Shown in pieces: positions 40,201 to 49,646 of a stretch of DNA of 64,000 bases. The DNA is from Candidatus Omnitrophota bacterium (GTDB lineage: Bacteria; Omnitrophota; Gorgyraeia; 2-02-FULL-51-18). A program made the translations under genes and the position numbers. Within the stretch, counting starts at the first letter, position 1; each line of letters starts with the position of its first letter. The stretch lies in the NCBI GenBank assembly GCA_945877765.1, contig CAMDWQ010000007.1:23024-87023 (forward strand). The letters run 5' to 3'. The notes beneath the pieces are model-generated. The model worked only from the letters and a program-made list of their open reading frames with translations. It made no database searches and was not told where the DNA came from.

Positions 40201-40271
40201 TGCCCTGTGGTGTAACGGTAGCACACGGCCCTTTGGAGGCCAGAGTCATGGTTCGAATCCATGCGGGGCAG
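40201..40271 (+). tRNA. tRNA-Gln (TTG)
   Basis: Acceptor TGCCCTG/CGGGGCA, D arm GGTGTAACGGTAGCAC, anticodon loop CTTTGGA, T arm CATGGTTCGAATCCATG; CCA not encoded. Confidence 0.95.
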
Positions 40272-40341
40272 AATACTGAATGGCTTGAGTCGAATTCTGT
40301 TTGGCAGTTATTGACAGGGTTTCGTTGTTTAGGGTGTTTAT

Positions 40342-41361
40342 ATGAAAAAAATAATCCGACCAATTGAATACGGTAATTTTCTAAATGAAGTTAAGGCTCG
40401 TATTCGAGCTGCCCAATACGAAGCTTTAAAAAAGGTTAACAAAGAGCTTATTGGCCTTTATTGGGACATTGGGAAGATGATAATTATTCGCCAAAAGAAG
40501 CATGAGTGGGGCAAAGCAATTGTAGAAAACCTCGCGGCGGATTTACAAGCAGAATTCCCCGGCGTTCGCGGGTATTCGGCGCAAAATTTGTGGTATATGA
40601 GGCAATTTTATCAAGAATATGCGGGCAACAAGAATCTCCAACCACTGGTTGGAGAAATCAGTTGGGCTCATCATTTGGTTATTATGAGCAAAATAAAGAA
40701 TCCGTTGGAGCGGGAATTCTATATTCGTATGACGAAGCGCATGGGCTGGACTAAAAATGTTCTCATCCATCAGATTGAGAGCAAGACATATGAAAAAACT
40801 TTTACAAATCAGACCAATTTTAAGAAAACACTTCCCGCTAAAATAGGTGATCAAGCAAAGCTGGCAGTCAAAGATGAGTACACATTCGATTTTCTTGAAT
40901 TAGGCGAAGAACACAGTGAGATGGAGCTTGAACGGTCGCTGGTCGCCAAAGTGAACCATTTTCTTATTGAAATGGGCGGAGCGTTCGCTTTTATGGGAAA
41001 CCAGTTCCGGCTCGACATAGACGGGAACGAATATTTCATTGATATTCTTCTCTATCATCGCAGATTGAGGTGTCTCATTGCTGTGGAATTGAAGGTCGGA
41101 GAATTCAAGCCGGAGTTTGTTGGGAAGATGCAGTTTTATCTGGCGGCGTTGGACAGCAAAGTGAAAGCCAAATATGAGAACCCATCAATCGGTATCATTG
41201 TCTGTAAGGAGAAGAAAAGGACCATTGTGGAATACGCACTCAAAGAAAGCAAAAAACCGATAGCGGTAGCACAGTATAAAATTATGACAAAACTGCCGAA
41301 AGCTTTGAGGAAAGAACTTCCTGCGCCGGAACAGATCCAAAAGTTAATGGAAAGCATTTAA
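40342..41361 (+). CDS. YhcG / DUF1016 family PD-(D/E)XK nuclease-domain protein
   Basis: LYWDIG, SAQNLWYMRQFY, KDEYTFDFL, IDILLYH, VELK, GKMQFYL. Confidence 0.92.
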   Translation: MKKIIRPIEYGNFLNEVKARIRAAQYEALKKVNKELIGLYWDIGKMIIIRQKKHEWGKAIVENLAADLQAEFPGVRGYSAQNLWYMRQFYQEYAGNKNLQPLVGEISWAHHLVIMSKIKNPLEREFYIRMTKRMGWTKNVLIHQIESKTYEKTFTNQTNFKKTLPAKIGDQAKLAVKDEYTFDFLELGEEHSEMELERSLVAKVNHFLIEMGGAFAFMGNQFRLDIDGNEYFIDILLYHRRLRCLIAVELKVGEFKPEFVGKMQFYLAALDSKVKAKYENPSIGIIVCKEKKRTIVEYALKESKKPIAVAQYKIMTKLPKALRKELPAPEQIQKLMESI

Positions 41362-42657
41362 ATGCAAAAATGTTCGTTTTGTCAAAAAGCGCTCAAGGGT
41401 CATGAGAAAATTTTCTCAGGACCGGATGTGCTTATTTGCGAAGACTGCGTGAAGTTTTGCCATGACACGCTCAATCGAACCGGTGCCATGCCATCCAAGG
41501 ACGCCAAAGAGTCAAAAGATCCTAAGGATTTAAAGGTAGCTCCACCGCTTCCTACTTTGAAGCTTGAAGAACTTCCCAAGCCGGTGGATATTAAAAAAAC
41601 TTTGGATGATTACGTCATCGGTCAGGAAGACACCAAGAAAAAACTTTCGGTGAGCGTCTACAATCACTATAAGAGAATTTTATCCCGCACCGATACCCAG
41701 GAAGTGGAGCTTGAAAAATCCAATGTTCTTTTGATTGGGCCAACGGGTTGCGGAAAAACACTTTTGGCGCGGACGATGGCAAGAATTTTAAAAGTGCCTT
41801 TTGCGATTTGCGATGCCACGACGTTGACGCAGGCAGGCTATGTCGGGGACGATGTGGAGAATGTGATCCAACGGCTTTTGCAGGATGCCAAGTATGACAT
41901 CCCGCGCGCGGAAATGGGAATTGTTTATATTGATGAAATCGACAAAATTGGAAAGACTTCTGAGAATGTCTCTATTACCCGCGATGTTTCAGGAGAGGGT
42001 GTCCAGCAAGCGCTTTTGAAAATTCTTGAAGGCACCAAAGCGAGCGTGCCTCCCCAAGGCGGCCGCAAACATCCTCAAGCAGAAAATCTTTCGGTGGATA
42101 CGACAAATATTCTTTTTATTTGCGGAGGGACTTTTAGCTCACTAGATGAAATTATCAAACGCCGGCTGGGCAAAGGCGAGATTGGTTTTCGCGGTACCGG
42201 CAAAGCGCACCCAGTTTATCAGGTTCAAGACTCCTCACAATCACTGATACGTTTAGTGGAGACGGAAGATTTGGTGAAGTTTGGGATCATCCCCGAATTT
42301 ATCGGGCGCTTTCCTATTGTCTCTACTCTCGACAAGCTGGGCGAGAAGGAACTTCTGGATGTCTTGAGTAAACCCAAAAATGCATTGGTCAAACAATTTC
42401 AGAAACTTTTTGAGATTGAAGGGGTGCGCCTGACCTTGACCCCAGAAGCGCTCCTAGAAATCGTCAAAGAAGCAGCCAAAAAAGGCACCGGCGCCAGGGG
42501 ATTAAGAGCTATTTTAGAGAGCGTGATGCTGGACGTGATGTACGAGCTGCCTTCTCTTGAGGGAATTCAAGAATGTGTCGTGGAGCGGCAAACCGTTTTA
42601 AATCGTGAATATCCGCAGTTATTGGATAAAAAAGGCGAGGCCCGCAAAATTGCGTAA
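41362..42657 (+). CDS. clpX: ATP-dependent Clp protease ATP-binding subunit
   Basis: CSFC...CEDC zinc finger, [24 protein letters not shown] loop. Confidence 0.97.
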   Translation: MQKCSFCQKALKGHEKIFSGPDVLICEDCVKFCHDTLNRTGAMPSKDAKESKDPKDLKVAPPLPTLKLEELPKPVDIKKTLDDYVIGQEDTKKKLSVSVYNHYKRILSRTDTQEVELEKSNVLLIGPTGCGKTLLARTMARILKVPFAICDATTLTQAGYVGDDVENVIQRLLQDAKYDIPRAEMGIVYIDEIDKIGKTSENVSITRDVSGEGVQQALLKILEGTKASVPPQGGRKHPQAENLSVDTTNILFICGGTFSSLDEIIKRRLGKGEIGFRGTGKAHPVYQVQDSSQSLIRLVETEDLVKFGIIPEFIGRFPIVSTLDKLGEKELLDVLSKPKNALVKQFQKLFEIEGVRLTLTPEALLEIVKEAAKKGTGARGLRAILESVMLDVMYELPSLEGIQECVVERQTVLNREYPQLLDKKGEARKIA

Positions 42658-43939
42658 AGCAGCCATTATCTTGGCGGCGGGAAAAGGGACACGGCTTCGG
42701 TCAATACTTCCTAAAGCGCTGCATCCGATTTGTGGAAAACCGATGCTCGGGTATTTGGTGGAGCGTGCGCGCGTTGCCGGTTGTGAAAAAATTGTGGTGG
42801 TTGGCGGATACAAGATCGAATTGGTGCGGGAATATTTGAAGTCACTGGGACTGGGCGCTTCTTTGGTTTGCGTCGAGCAGAAAGAGCAGCTGGGAAGCGG
42901 ACATGCGGTGCAGCAGGCGGCACGGGCGCTTAAAAATTTCCAAGGCGCGGTGTTTGTATTTTATTGCGATACGCCCCTTATTAGTCAGGCGACCGTCAAA
43001 GAGCTTTTTAAAAATTATTCGTCCGAAAAAACTGATTGCACGCTCTTATCGGTGGAATTAAAACAGCCTTTTGGTTATGGGCGGGTCCAGCGAGGACCCA
43101 GCGCGGAAGTGGTGAAGATCATCGAGGAGAACGACGCGACTAGTGATGAGAAAAATATCCGTGAAATCAATGTCGGTTGTTACGTATTTTCAGCGGTGCG
43201 CCTTTTTGAGGGGCTTAAAAAAATCAAAAAGAACCCGCAGAAAAAAGAATACTACCTGACGGACATCGTTGAGATTTTTTCTCAAAGCGGCAAAGTCGGT
43301 GCGGTGATCACGGCGGACGCGAAGGAAGTTTTGGGAGTTAATTCTCAAAAAGATCTCGCCCGGGTCGAAGAAATTGCGCAAAAAAGGATTTTGGACGGCT
43401 GGATGGACAAGGGAGTTCGCATCCGTTGCCCTAAAACCGTGACCATTGACGCGGACGTGAGGATAGGGCAAGATACTACGGTTATGCCCCATACGGTCCT
43501 TGAGCAAGGCTCGGTCATAGGCCGGGGCTGTAAGCTGGGGCCTTTCGCGCGTATCCGTGGCAACTCCCGGGTTGGCAATCACGTCGTGGTCGGAAATTTT
43601 GTTGAACTGGTACGCACTACCCTTGGGGATCATACCCAAGTGAAGCATCTTTCCTATTTGGGAGATGCCTCGGTTGGCGCCTACGTCAATATTGGCGCGG
43701 GGACGATTACCGCCAATTATGACGGGAAGAATAAACACCAGACGGTGATTAGGGATCGAGCGAGTGTTGGTAGCGGCACGATTTTGGTGGCGCCGGTGGT
43801 GGTAGGGCGCGCGGCGGTGACCGGAGCGGGTGCGGTGGTGACCAGGCGCAATAATGTGCCCGATCGCGCCTTGGTAGTGGGAGTGCCTGCGCGGATTATT
43901 ACTAAACGTCATCTTAAACGTCATCCCCGAAATCTTTAA
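42650..43939 (+). CDS. glmU: Bifunctional UDP-GlcNAc pyrophosphorylase / acetyltransferase
   Basis: [14 protein letters not shown], hexapeptide repeats, [12 protein letters not shown]. Confidence 0.93.
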   Translation: MRKAAIILAAGKGTRLRSILPKALHPICGKPMLGYLVERARVAGCEKIVVVGGYKIELVREYLKSLGLGASLVCVEQKEQLGSGHAVQQAARALKNFQGAVFVFYCDTPLISQATVKELFKNYSSEKTDCTLLSVELKQPFGYGRVQRGPSAEVVKIIEENDATSDEKNIREINVGCYVFSAVRLFEGLKKIKKNPQKKEYYLTDIVEIFSQSGKVGAVITADAKEVLGVNSQKDLARVEEIAQKRILDGWMDKGVRIRCPKTVTIDADVRIGQDTTVMPHTVLEQGSVIGRGCKLGPFARIRGNSRVGNHVVVGNFVELVRTTLGDHTQVKHLSYLGDASVGAYVNIGAGTITANYDGKNKHQTVIRDRASVGSGTILVAPVVVGRAAVTGAGAVVTRRNNVPDRALVVGVPARIITKRHLKRHPRNL

Positions 43940-44039
43940 TCGGGGATCATGTTAAGGTTTGATTCCCGATAAATATTTTCGGGAATGACAGGGTTAGAAA
44001 ATTAAGGTTTGATTCCCGATAAGTAATTTCGGGAATGAC
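43920..44039. repeat. Family B palindrome overlapping the glmU stop, plus a duplicated right arm
   Basis: Full copy 43920-43989; TTAAGGTTTGATTCCCGATAA...TTCGGGAATGAC repeated to 44039. Confidence 0.93.
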
Positions 44040-44053
44040 AGGAAAAGGATAAA

Positions 44054-44992
44054 ATGAACGGCGAACTTAAAATTTTTTCAGGAAATGCGAATATCGATTT
44101 GGCGAAAAAAATTGCCAAGTGCTTGGGCAAGCCTCTGGGTGATGTGCTGGTCGGGACTTTCAGCGAAGGCGAGATTCGCGTGAAAATCAATGAGGATGTT
44201 CGCGGACGCGATGTGTTTATCGTCCAGCCCACTTGCCCGCCCACCAATAACAACTTGATGGAGCTTTTAATCATGATGGACGCGGTCAAGCGCGCCTCGG
44301 CACGCCGCATCACGGCGGTAATGCCTTATTTTGGTTATGCGCGCCAGGATAGAAAAGACCAGCCGCGCGTTCCCATCACGGCAAAGTTGGTTGCTAATAT
44401 TCTTGTCGAAGCGGGTGCTGACCGGGTGTTGACGATGGATTTGCATGCCAGTCAGATTCAGGGATTTTTTGATATTCCCCTCGATCATCTCTTTGCCGTG
44501 AATGTAATTGTGGATTATTTTAAGAAAAAAAAGATGAAGGACCTGGTGGTTGCCTCTCCGGACGTTGGCGGCATCAAGATGGCCCGTGCCTATGCCAAGA
44601 GACTCGGGGCTGACCTTGTGGTTGTGGACAAACGCCGCATCGATGACAAGCACACCGAGACGATGAACATCCTCGGTGAAGTGAAGGGAAAAAATATTGT
44701 GATCGTGGATGATCTTGTCGCGACGGCAAGCTCCATGTGTGAAGCGGCGGCGGCTCTTAAGAAGGCCGGAGGGCTTAAAATTTTTGCCGCGGTGTCTCAT
44801 CCGATTCTTTCTGGGCCCGCCATCGAGCGGATTCGGAAGTCACCGATTGAGGAATTTGTGGTGACGGACAGCATTCCGTTGACCGCGGAGAAAAAGGACC
44901 CCGTATTTAAGGTTTTATCGATAGCAGAACTTTTGGCAGAAGCGATCAAAAGAATTCACGATGAAGAATCAGTGAGTAGTTTATTTAATTAG
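44054..44992 (+). CDS. prs: Ribose-phosphate pyrophosphokinase
   Basis: FSEGE, YARQDRK, DLHASQIQGFF, SPDVGG. Confidence 0.97.
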   Translation: MNGELKIFSGNANIDLAKKIAKCLGKPLGDVLVGTFSEGEIRVKINEDVRGRDVFIVQPTCPPTNNNLMELLIMMDAVKRASARRITAVMPYFGYARQDRKDQPRVPITAKLVANILVEAGADRVLTMDLHASQIQGFFDIPLDHLFAVNVIVDYFKKKKMKDLVVASPDVGGIKMARAYAKRLGADLVVVDKRRIDDKHTETMNILGEVKGKNIVIVDDLVATASSMCEAAAALKKAGGLKIFAAVSHPILSGPAIERIRKSPIEEFVVTDSIPLTAEKKDPVFKVLSIAELLAEAIKRIHDEESVSSLFN

Positions 44993-45022
44993 AAACGGAA
45001 TTCTATAACATAACTCAAAAAC

Positions 45023-45115
45023 GTCATTCCCGAAATCTTTAATCGGGAATCAAACTCAAGACGTGATCCCCGATTAAAGATTTCGGGGATGACAGCGTGG
45101 AGTTTCAGGGATGAC
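45023..45115. repeat. Family B palindrome with a degenerate duplicated end
   Basis: Full copy 45023-45093, then TTTCAGGGATGAC. Confidence 0.93.
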
Positions 45116-45137
45116 GGGATGAAAAGGAAGGTAGCCA

Positions 45138-45836
45138 ATGGAACAGATCAATTTAAAAGCCTCTGTAAGAGATGAGCGAGGCAAAGAAAAAGTTAAAAAA
45201 ATGCGCAGTGAGGGTTTTGTGCCCGGAATTGTGTATCATCGCGGCGAAGAACCTGTTGCGATTTCGCTCAATAACCGTGAGATATCAAAAATCATTCACG
45301 ATGCTGCCGGCGAAAATGTGCTGATCAATCTTACGATTGAACAAGAGAAGAAGAAGGCCCGCTTAGCGATCATCAAAGAAATCCAGTATGAGCCAGTCAA
45401 GCGCCACATTCTTCATGTGGATTTCAACGAGATTTCGCTGAAGGAGAAACTCACCGTGGAAGTGGAAGTGGTTGCCAAGGGCGAGCCGATCGGCGTCAAA
45501 CAAGACGGCGGCGTCATGGATCACCCTGTTCGCCTATTGAGAGTTTCCTGTTTGCCGATGGATATTCCCAAGCACATCGACGTGGATGTTTCTGGATTGG
45601 GACTGAACCAATCGATTCATATAAGCGATTTAGTTCTTTCAGATAAAATTCAAATCCTTAACGATCCCAGCACACTTCTTTTCCACGTGAAGCTGCCGGT
45701 AGAGGTCAAGGCCGACGATCCGTTGGCTGTGGCGCCTGAACTTGAAGTGCTCCGCGAGAAGAAGGAAGACGAAACGAAGGCGGGTGAAGGCAAGAAGGAA
45801 GAGCCTAAGAAAGAAGCTAAGGCGGAGAAGAAATAG
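45138..45836 (+). CDS. rplY: 50S ribosomal protein L25 (Ctc form)
   Basis: VPGIVY, HVDF, IGVKQDGG, C-terminal Ctc domain; prs-rplY-pth synteny. Confidence 0.95.
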   Translation: MEQINLKASVRDERGKEKVKKMRSEGFVPGIVYHRGEEPVAISLNNREISKIIHDAAGENVLINLTIEQEKKKARLAIIKEIQYEPVKRHILHVDFNEISLKEKLTVEVEVVAKGEPIGVKQDGGVMDHPVRLLRVSCLPMDIPKHIDVDVSGLGLNQSIHISDLVLSDKIQILNDPSTLLFHVKLPVEVKADDPLAVAPELEVLREKKEDETKAGEGKKEEPKKEAKAEKK

Positions 45837-45844
45837 CTTTCGAT

Positions 45845-45925
45845 GTCATCCCCGAAATTTTTTATCGGGGATCATACCTGAGTTTGATTCCCGATTAGAG
45901 ATTTCGGGAATGACATGGGAATGAC
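45845..45925. repeat. Family B palindrome with a duplicated GGGAATGAC end
   Basis: Full copy 45845-45914, extra GGGAATGAC to 45925. Confidence 0.93.
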
Positions 45926-45944
45926 AGTTTAGAGAGGTGTTCTT

Positions 45945-46526
45945 ATTTATAAGAAATTTGTCATCGGCATAGGAAATGATGATAATAAATATACAGGGAC
46001 AAGACATAATATAGGCTTTGCAATTGTAGATTCTCTCTGGGCAAAGAGGGATTCTCAATTAGCTTCTAAATGGAAAGATGCAAAACATCTCAAAGCATGG
46101 TTGGCTGGATTTAATCAAGATGTTGCGTTGATAAAGCCGCAATATTTTGTCAATAATACCGGCGGTGCGGTTGTAGCTTTGGTTGAGAATTATAAGCCCG
46201 ACTTCAAAAACATTTTATTTGTTTACGATGATGTCAATCTTGAGTTTGGAAAATTAAGGTTACGTTCATCGGGAAGCGCTGGCGGACATCACGGACTTGA
46301 GTCAGTTATCAATGACTTGAATTCAGAAGAGTTTCCCAGACTAAGAATTGGTATTAAAAATGAAAATATGCCGCAAGATTTGACGAATTTTGTTTTGGCA
46401 AAATTTTCTGAAAAAGAACAAAATGAATACCCAGAAATTATTAATAAAGCGGTATCGGTTTGTGAAGATTGGATCAACAATGGTTTTGACGCTGCTGTAA
46501 AAAAGCTGAGTCAATTACAGGGATAA
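45945..46526 (+). CDS. pth: Peptidyl-tRNA hydrolase, probable non-canonical ATT start
   Basis: In-frame upstream sequence reads KFVIGIGN...YTGTRHNIGF; later VYDD, GSAGGHHG, RLRIGI; no ATG/GTG/TTG between the in-frame TAG (45930) and 46101. Confidence 0.85.
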   Translation: MYKKFVIGIGNDDNKYTGTRHNIGFAIVDSLWAKRDSQLASKWKDAKHLKAWLAGFNQDVALIKPQYFVNNTGGAVVALVENYKPDFKNILFVYDDVNLEFGKLRLRSSGSAGGHHGLESVINDLNSEEFPRLRIGIKNENMPQDLTNFVLAKFSEKEQNEYPEIINKAVSVCEDWINNGFDAAVKKLSQLQG

Positions 46527-46539
46527 AAAAAGAAGTCCA

Positions 46540-46597
46540 TTCGACGCGGCCTCCGGCCTTGCTCAGGATTAATGGTGAGCAAGCGAAGCGCGTCGAA
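46540..46597. repeat. Family C palindrome (TTCGAC...GCTCA / TGAGC...GTCGAA)
   Basis: TTCGACGCG/CGCGTCGAA and TTGCTCA/TGAGCAA stems; half copies at 46904-46923 and 47390-47408. Confidence 0.75.
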
Positions 46598-46612
46598 CCA
46601 AAAGGAGAAGCA

Positions 46613-46903
46613 ATGGTTAATTACGAAGGTGTGTTTATTTTAGATCCCGATTTGTCGGCGGATGCCTCTAAGGCGCTGGTAACTCAAATCCAGGATCTGG
46701 TGACAAAAAATGGCGGTCGTATAGATGGCTTGCAGGACTGGGGCAAAAAACGCCTGGCCTATGAAGTCAAGAAAAAACAGGATGGTGTCTACATCATTTT
46801 GAATTTTCAATTAGATTCGATGTCAGCCAAAAAACTCGATCAGTCTTTGCGCTTGAACGACAGTATCATGCGTTTTCTGATGGTCAACAAGGATAATCTT
46901 TAA
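46613..46903 (+). CDS. rpsF: 30S ribosomal protein S6
   Basis: NYEGVFILDP, WGKKRLAYEV; ATG follows AAGGAG. Confidence 0.95.
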   Translation: MVNYEGVFILDPDLSADASKALVTQIQDLVTKNGGRIDGLQDWGKKRLAYEVKKKQDGVYIILNFQLDSMSAKKLDQSLRLNDSIMRFLMVNKDNL

Positions 46904-46942
46904 TGGTTCGACTCGGCTCACCACATATCCGGAGGCATTTTT

Positions 46943-47386
46943 ATGGCCAACCTAAATAAAGCGCTTCTTATCGGTAATTTGACGCGGGACCCTGAGATTC
47001 GTTATGTCCCGAGTGGTTCGGCGGTAGCGAGTTTTACTCTCGCGATGAATCGTGTTTATAAATTGCAGACCGGTGAGAAGAAAGAAGAAACAAGTTTTGT
47101 GCGCGTGGTGGTATGGGGCCGGCTCGCGGAAGTTTGCGGGGAATACCTAAAGAAGGGAAGCCCGGTATTTTGCGAAGGGCGCCTTCAGAGCCGCAGCTGG
47201 GACGGAGCCGATGGACAAAAGCGCAGCACGCTGGAAGTGATCGCGACGAATATCCAATTTTTGAAAAGTTCAGGACCCCAAGCCAAAGAGGCTGCGGAAA
47301 TGGGCTCAGGTAAAGAAGATCTGGGCGAAATTCAGCTGGATGAGCTTTCTGGCTCAGGCAAGAACGAAGACGAAGTGCCATTTTAA
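46943..47386 (+). CDS. ssb: Single-stranded DNA-binding protein
   Basis: NKALLIGNLTRDPE, EGRLQSRSW, acidic tail DEVPF. Confidence 0.97.
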   Translation: MANLNKALLIGNLTRDPEIRYVPSGSAVASFTLAMNRVYKLQTGEKKEETSFVRVVVWGRLAEVCGEYLKKGSPVFCEGRLQSRSWDGADGQKRSTLEVIATNIQFLKSSGPQAKEAAEMGSGKEDLGEIQLDELSGSGKNEDEVPF

Positions 47387-47447
47387 TGGTGGTTCGACAG
47401 GCTCACCATTTATAATTTGACAGACAGACCTTACAAGGAGAAACAAA

Positions 47448-47708
47448 GTGTTTATTAAAAAGAAAATCGTTAAGAAAAAAGTTGATCCAAAAAAGAAGTT
47501 TATTAAGAAAAAAATATGCAAGTTTAAGCCCGAAGAAATCGAAACAATCGATTATAAGGACGTCAACCGCCTTCGCTATTTCATTACTGAGCGCGGAAAA
47601 ATCATCCCCGGTCGCATTTCAGGCGCGGGTGCTAAATCTCAAAGGTATTTGACTCGCCAGATTAAAAGAGCGCGGCAGATTGCGCTTTTACCGTTTGTGG
47701 CGGAGTAA
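47448..47708 (+). CDS. rpsR: 30S ribosomal protein S18
   Basis: [26 protein letters not shown]. Confidence 0.96.
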   Translation: MFIKKKIVKKKVDPKKKFIKKKICKFKPEEIETIDYKDVNRLRYFITERGKIIPGRISGAGAKSQRYLTRQIKRARQIALLPFVAE

Positions 47709-47716
47709 GATTCAGA

Positions 47717-47766
47717 CCTTACAACCCCTCTGCCTTCGGCACCTCCCCTTCGAAAGGGGAGGAAAA
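47717..47766 (+). repeat. Family A solo right arm (copy 7)
   Basis: CCTTACAACCCCTCTGCCTTCGGCACCTCCCCTTCGAAAGGGGAGGAAAA. Confidence 0.92.
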
Positions 47767-47783
47767 ATTGGGCTGGTTAATTC

Positions 47784-48236
47784 ATGAACATTGAAGTAGT
47801 CCTTCTACAAGACGATGCAAAATTAGGCAAACGCGGCGAAGTCGTGAAAGTTTCGTCGGGGTTTGCCCAGAATTTTCTTTATCCCCACCACAAAGCCAAA
47901 GCGGCAACCCCTGAAAACCTCAAAGCGTTTGAAGGGGAAAAAACGCGTCGTCTCAAAGAGGAGGCAGACCGTTTGTCGCGCGCTCAAGCGCTGGCTAAAC
48001 AACTAAAAGATTTGTCGTTGACGATTGAAGTCAGCGCCGGGGAAGGCGATAAATTGTACGGCGCCGTCAATTCTCAGGACATTGTCGAGGCGCTTGCCGG
48101 AAAAAATATCCTTTTGGAAAGAAAAGATGTGCATTTGGACGAGCCTATCAAGAAGCTCGGCACTTACCAGGCCCAAGTCAAGCTTCACCCGCAAATTTCA
48201 ACCGCGCTTAAAATCATGATCACCAAAAAAATATGA
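47784..48236 (+). CDS. rplI: 50S ribosomal protein L9
   Basis: LGKRGEVVKVSSGFAQNFL, KLYGAV, PIKKLG. Confidence 0.96.
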   Translation: MNIEVVLLQDDAKLGKRGEVVKVSSGFAQNFLYPHHKAKAATPENLKAFEGEKTRRLKEEADRLSRAQALAKQLKDLSLTIEVSAGEGDKLYGAVNSQDIVEALAGKNILLERKDVHLDEPIKKLGTYQAQVKLHPQISTALKIMITKKI

Positions 48237-49597
48237 TCGAATCCATGCAGGAAACCGGACTTCGCGAAAAAATCCCTCCTCAAAACTTAGAGGCAGAGGT
48301 CGCGGTGCTGGGCTCCATGCTCATCGAGGAAGATGCGGTCGCTTATGGCATTGAAACGCTGACTCCCGAAGCATTTTATAAAGATGCGCACAAAAAGATT
48401 TTTGAGGTGATGTCGTCGCTTTTTAATCAAAATAAAGCCATTGATTTAGTGACGCTCACTGACAGCCTATATAAGGAAGGCTTTATGGATGCGGTGGGAG
48501 GGCCCAGCTACTTGGCCAATCTCACCACGGCGGTACCAACGGCGGCCAATATTCTTTATTATGCCAAAATCGTCAAAGAAAAATATATTTTGCGCCACCT
48601 GATTACGAATGCGACAGCGATTGTTAAAGACTGCTACGACACCACCGAAGATGTCGATGGGCTTCTAGATCGAGCGGAAAAAACGGTTTTTGAGATCGCC
48701 TCGAAAAAATTCGCCGGAGCCGTGGTGCCGATTAAAGATATCGTGCGCAATCAGATTGAGATCATTGACAGGCTTTATCAGCGCAAAGAACATATCACCG
48801 GCATTGCCACGGGTTTTCATGAATTTGATACCCAAACAGCCGGTCTTCAGCCGTCGGATCTGATTGTCATCGCGGCGCGTCCTTCGATGGGAAAGAGCGC
48901 TTTTATGACCTGTATCGCCGAGCATGCCGGTATGATTTTGAAAGTGCCGGTCGCCATGTTTAGTCTTGAAATGTCCAAAGAGCAGTTGATTCAGAGAATG
49001 CTTTGTTCGCGCGCTCGCGTCGACGCCCACAAAGTACGCACCGGTTTCTTGGCACAATCCGACTGGCCGGCCCTAACCAGTGCCGCGGCGAAGCTCTCCG
49101 AGGCGCCGATATATATTGATGACACTCCAGGGCTAAGTGCTTTGGAGCTCAAGGCGAAGGCACGGCGTTTGAAGGCGCAGTTTGATATCAAAATGATCAT
49201 CGTTGACTATTTGCAGCTCATGCAAGGGGCTGCCAACTCGGAAAGCCGCCAACAAGAAATTTCAGAAATTTCAAGGTCCCTCAAGGCTCTGGCTCGCGAA
49301 TTGCACCTGCCGGTCATTGCGATTAGCCAGTTATCGCGTGCCGTGGAGTCACGCAATGACCATCGTCCGCAGCTTTCCGATCTAAGAGAATCCGGCGCCA
49401 TTGAACAGGACGCGGATATGGTGGTCCTTCTTTTACGAGAAGAATATTACAATCCCACCGAAGAAAATCGCGGGAAGTGCGAAGTGATTATCGCCAAACA
49501 GCGTAACGGCCCCGTGGGGTCGGTATTTTTGACATTTATCCGTGAGTATACGCGATTTGAAAATGCTGAATTGGTTCGGCGTGAGGAAAAGGTTTAA
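48233..49597 (+). CDS. dnaB: Replicative DNA helicase
   Basis: PPQNLEAE, AARPSMGKS, VDYLQL, SDLRESGAIEQDAD, KQRNGP. Confidence 0.98.
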   Translation: MIESMQETGLREKIPPQNLEAEVAVLGSMLIEEDAVAYGIETLTPEAFYKDAHKKIFEVMSSLFNQNKAIDLVTLTDSLYKEGFMDAVGGPSYLANLTTAVPTAANILYYAKIVKEKYILRHLITNATAIVKDCYDTTEDVDGLLDRAEKTVFEIASKKFAGAVVPIKDIVRNQIEIIDRLYQRKEHITGIATGFHEFDTQTAGLQPSDLIVIAARPSMGKSAFMTCIAEHAGMILKVPVAMFSLEMSKEQLIQRMLCSRARVDAHKVRTGFLAQSDWPALTSAAAKLSEAPIYIDDTPGLSALELKAKARRLKAQFDIKMIIVDYLQLMQGAANSESRQQEISEISRSLKALARELHLPVIAISQLSRAVESRNDHRPQLSDLRESGAIEQDADMVVLLLREEYYNPTEENRGKCEVIIAKQRNGPVGSVFLTFIREYTRFENAELVRREEKV

Positions 49598-49646
49598 CCG
49601 GCTGTTGTCAATAACCGTTACAAATATTTGATATAAAGAAAGGACT

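Noticed and set aside
40272-41361. Integrative element at tRNA-Gln
   Set aside because: No integrase and no duplicated tRNA 3' end were found downstream by eye.
43190-43924. Long antisense ORFs (also 54634-55230, 8864-9433, 44267-44800)
   Set aside because: They are shadows of well-conserved sense genes and have no recognisable motifs.
48233-49597. Intein in DnaB
   Set aside because: The protein has normal length (454 aa) and contiguous helicase motifs.
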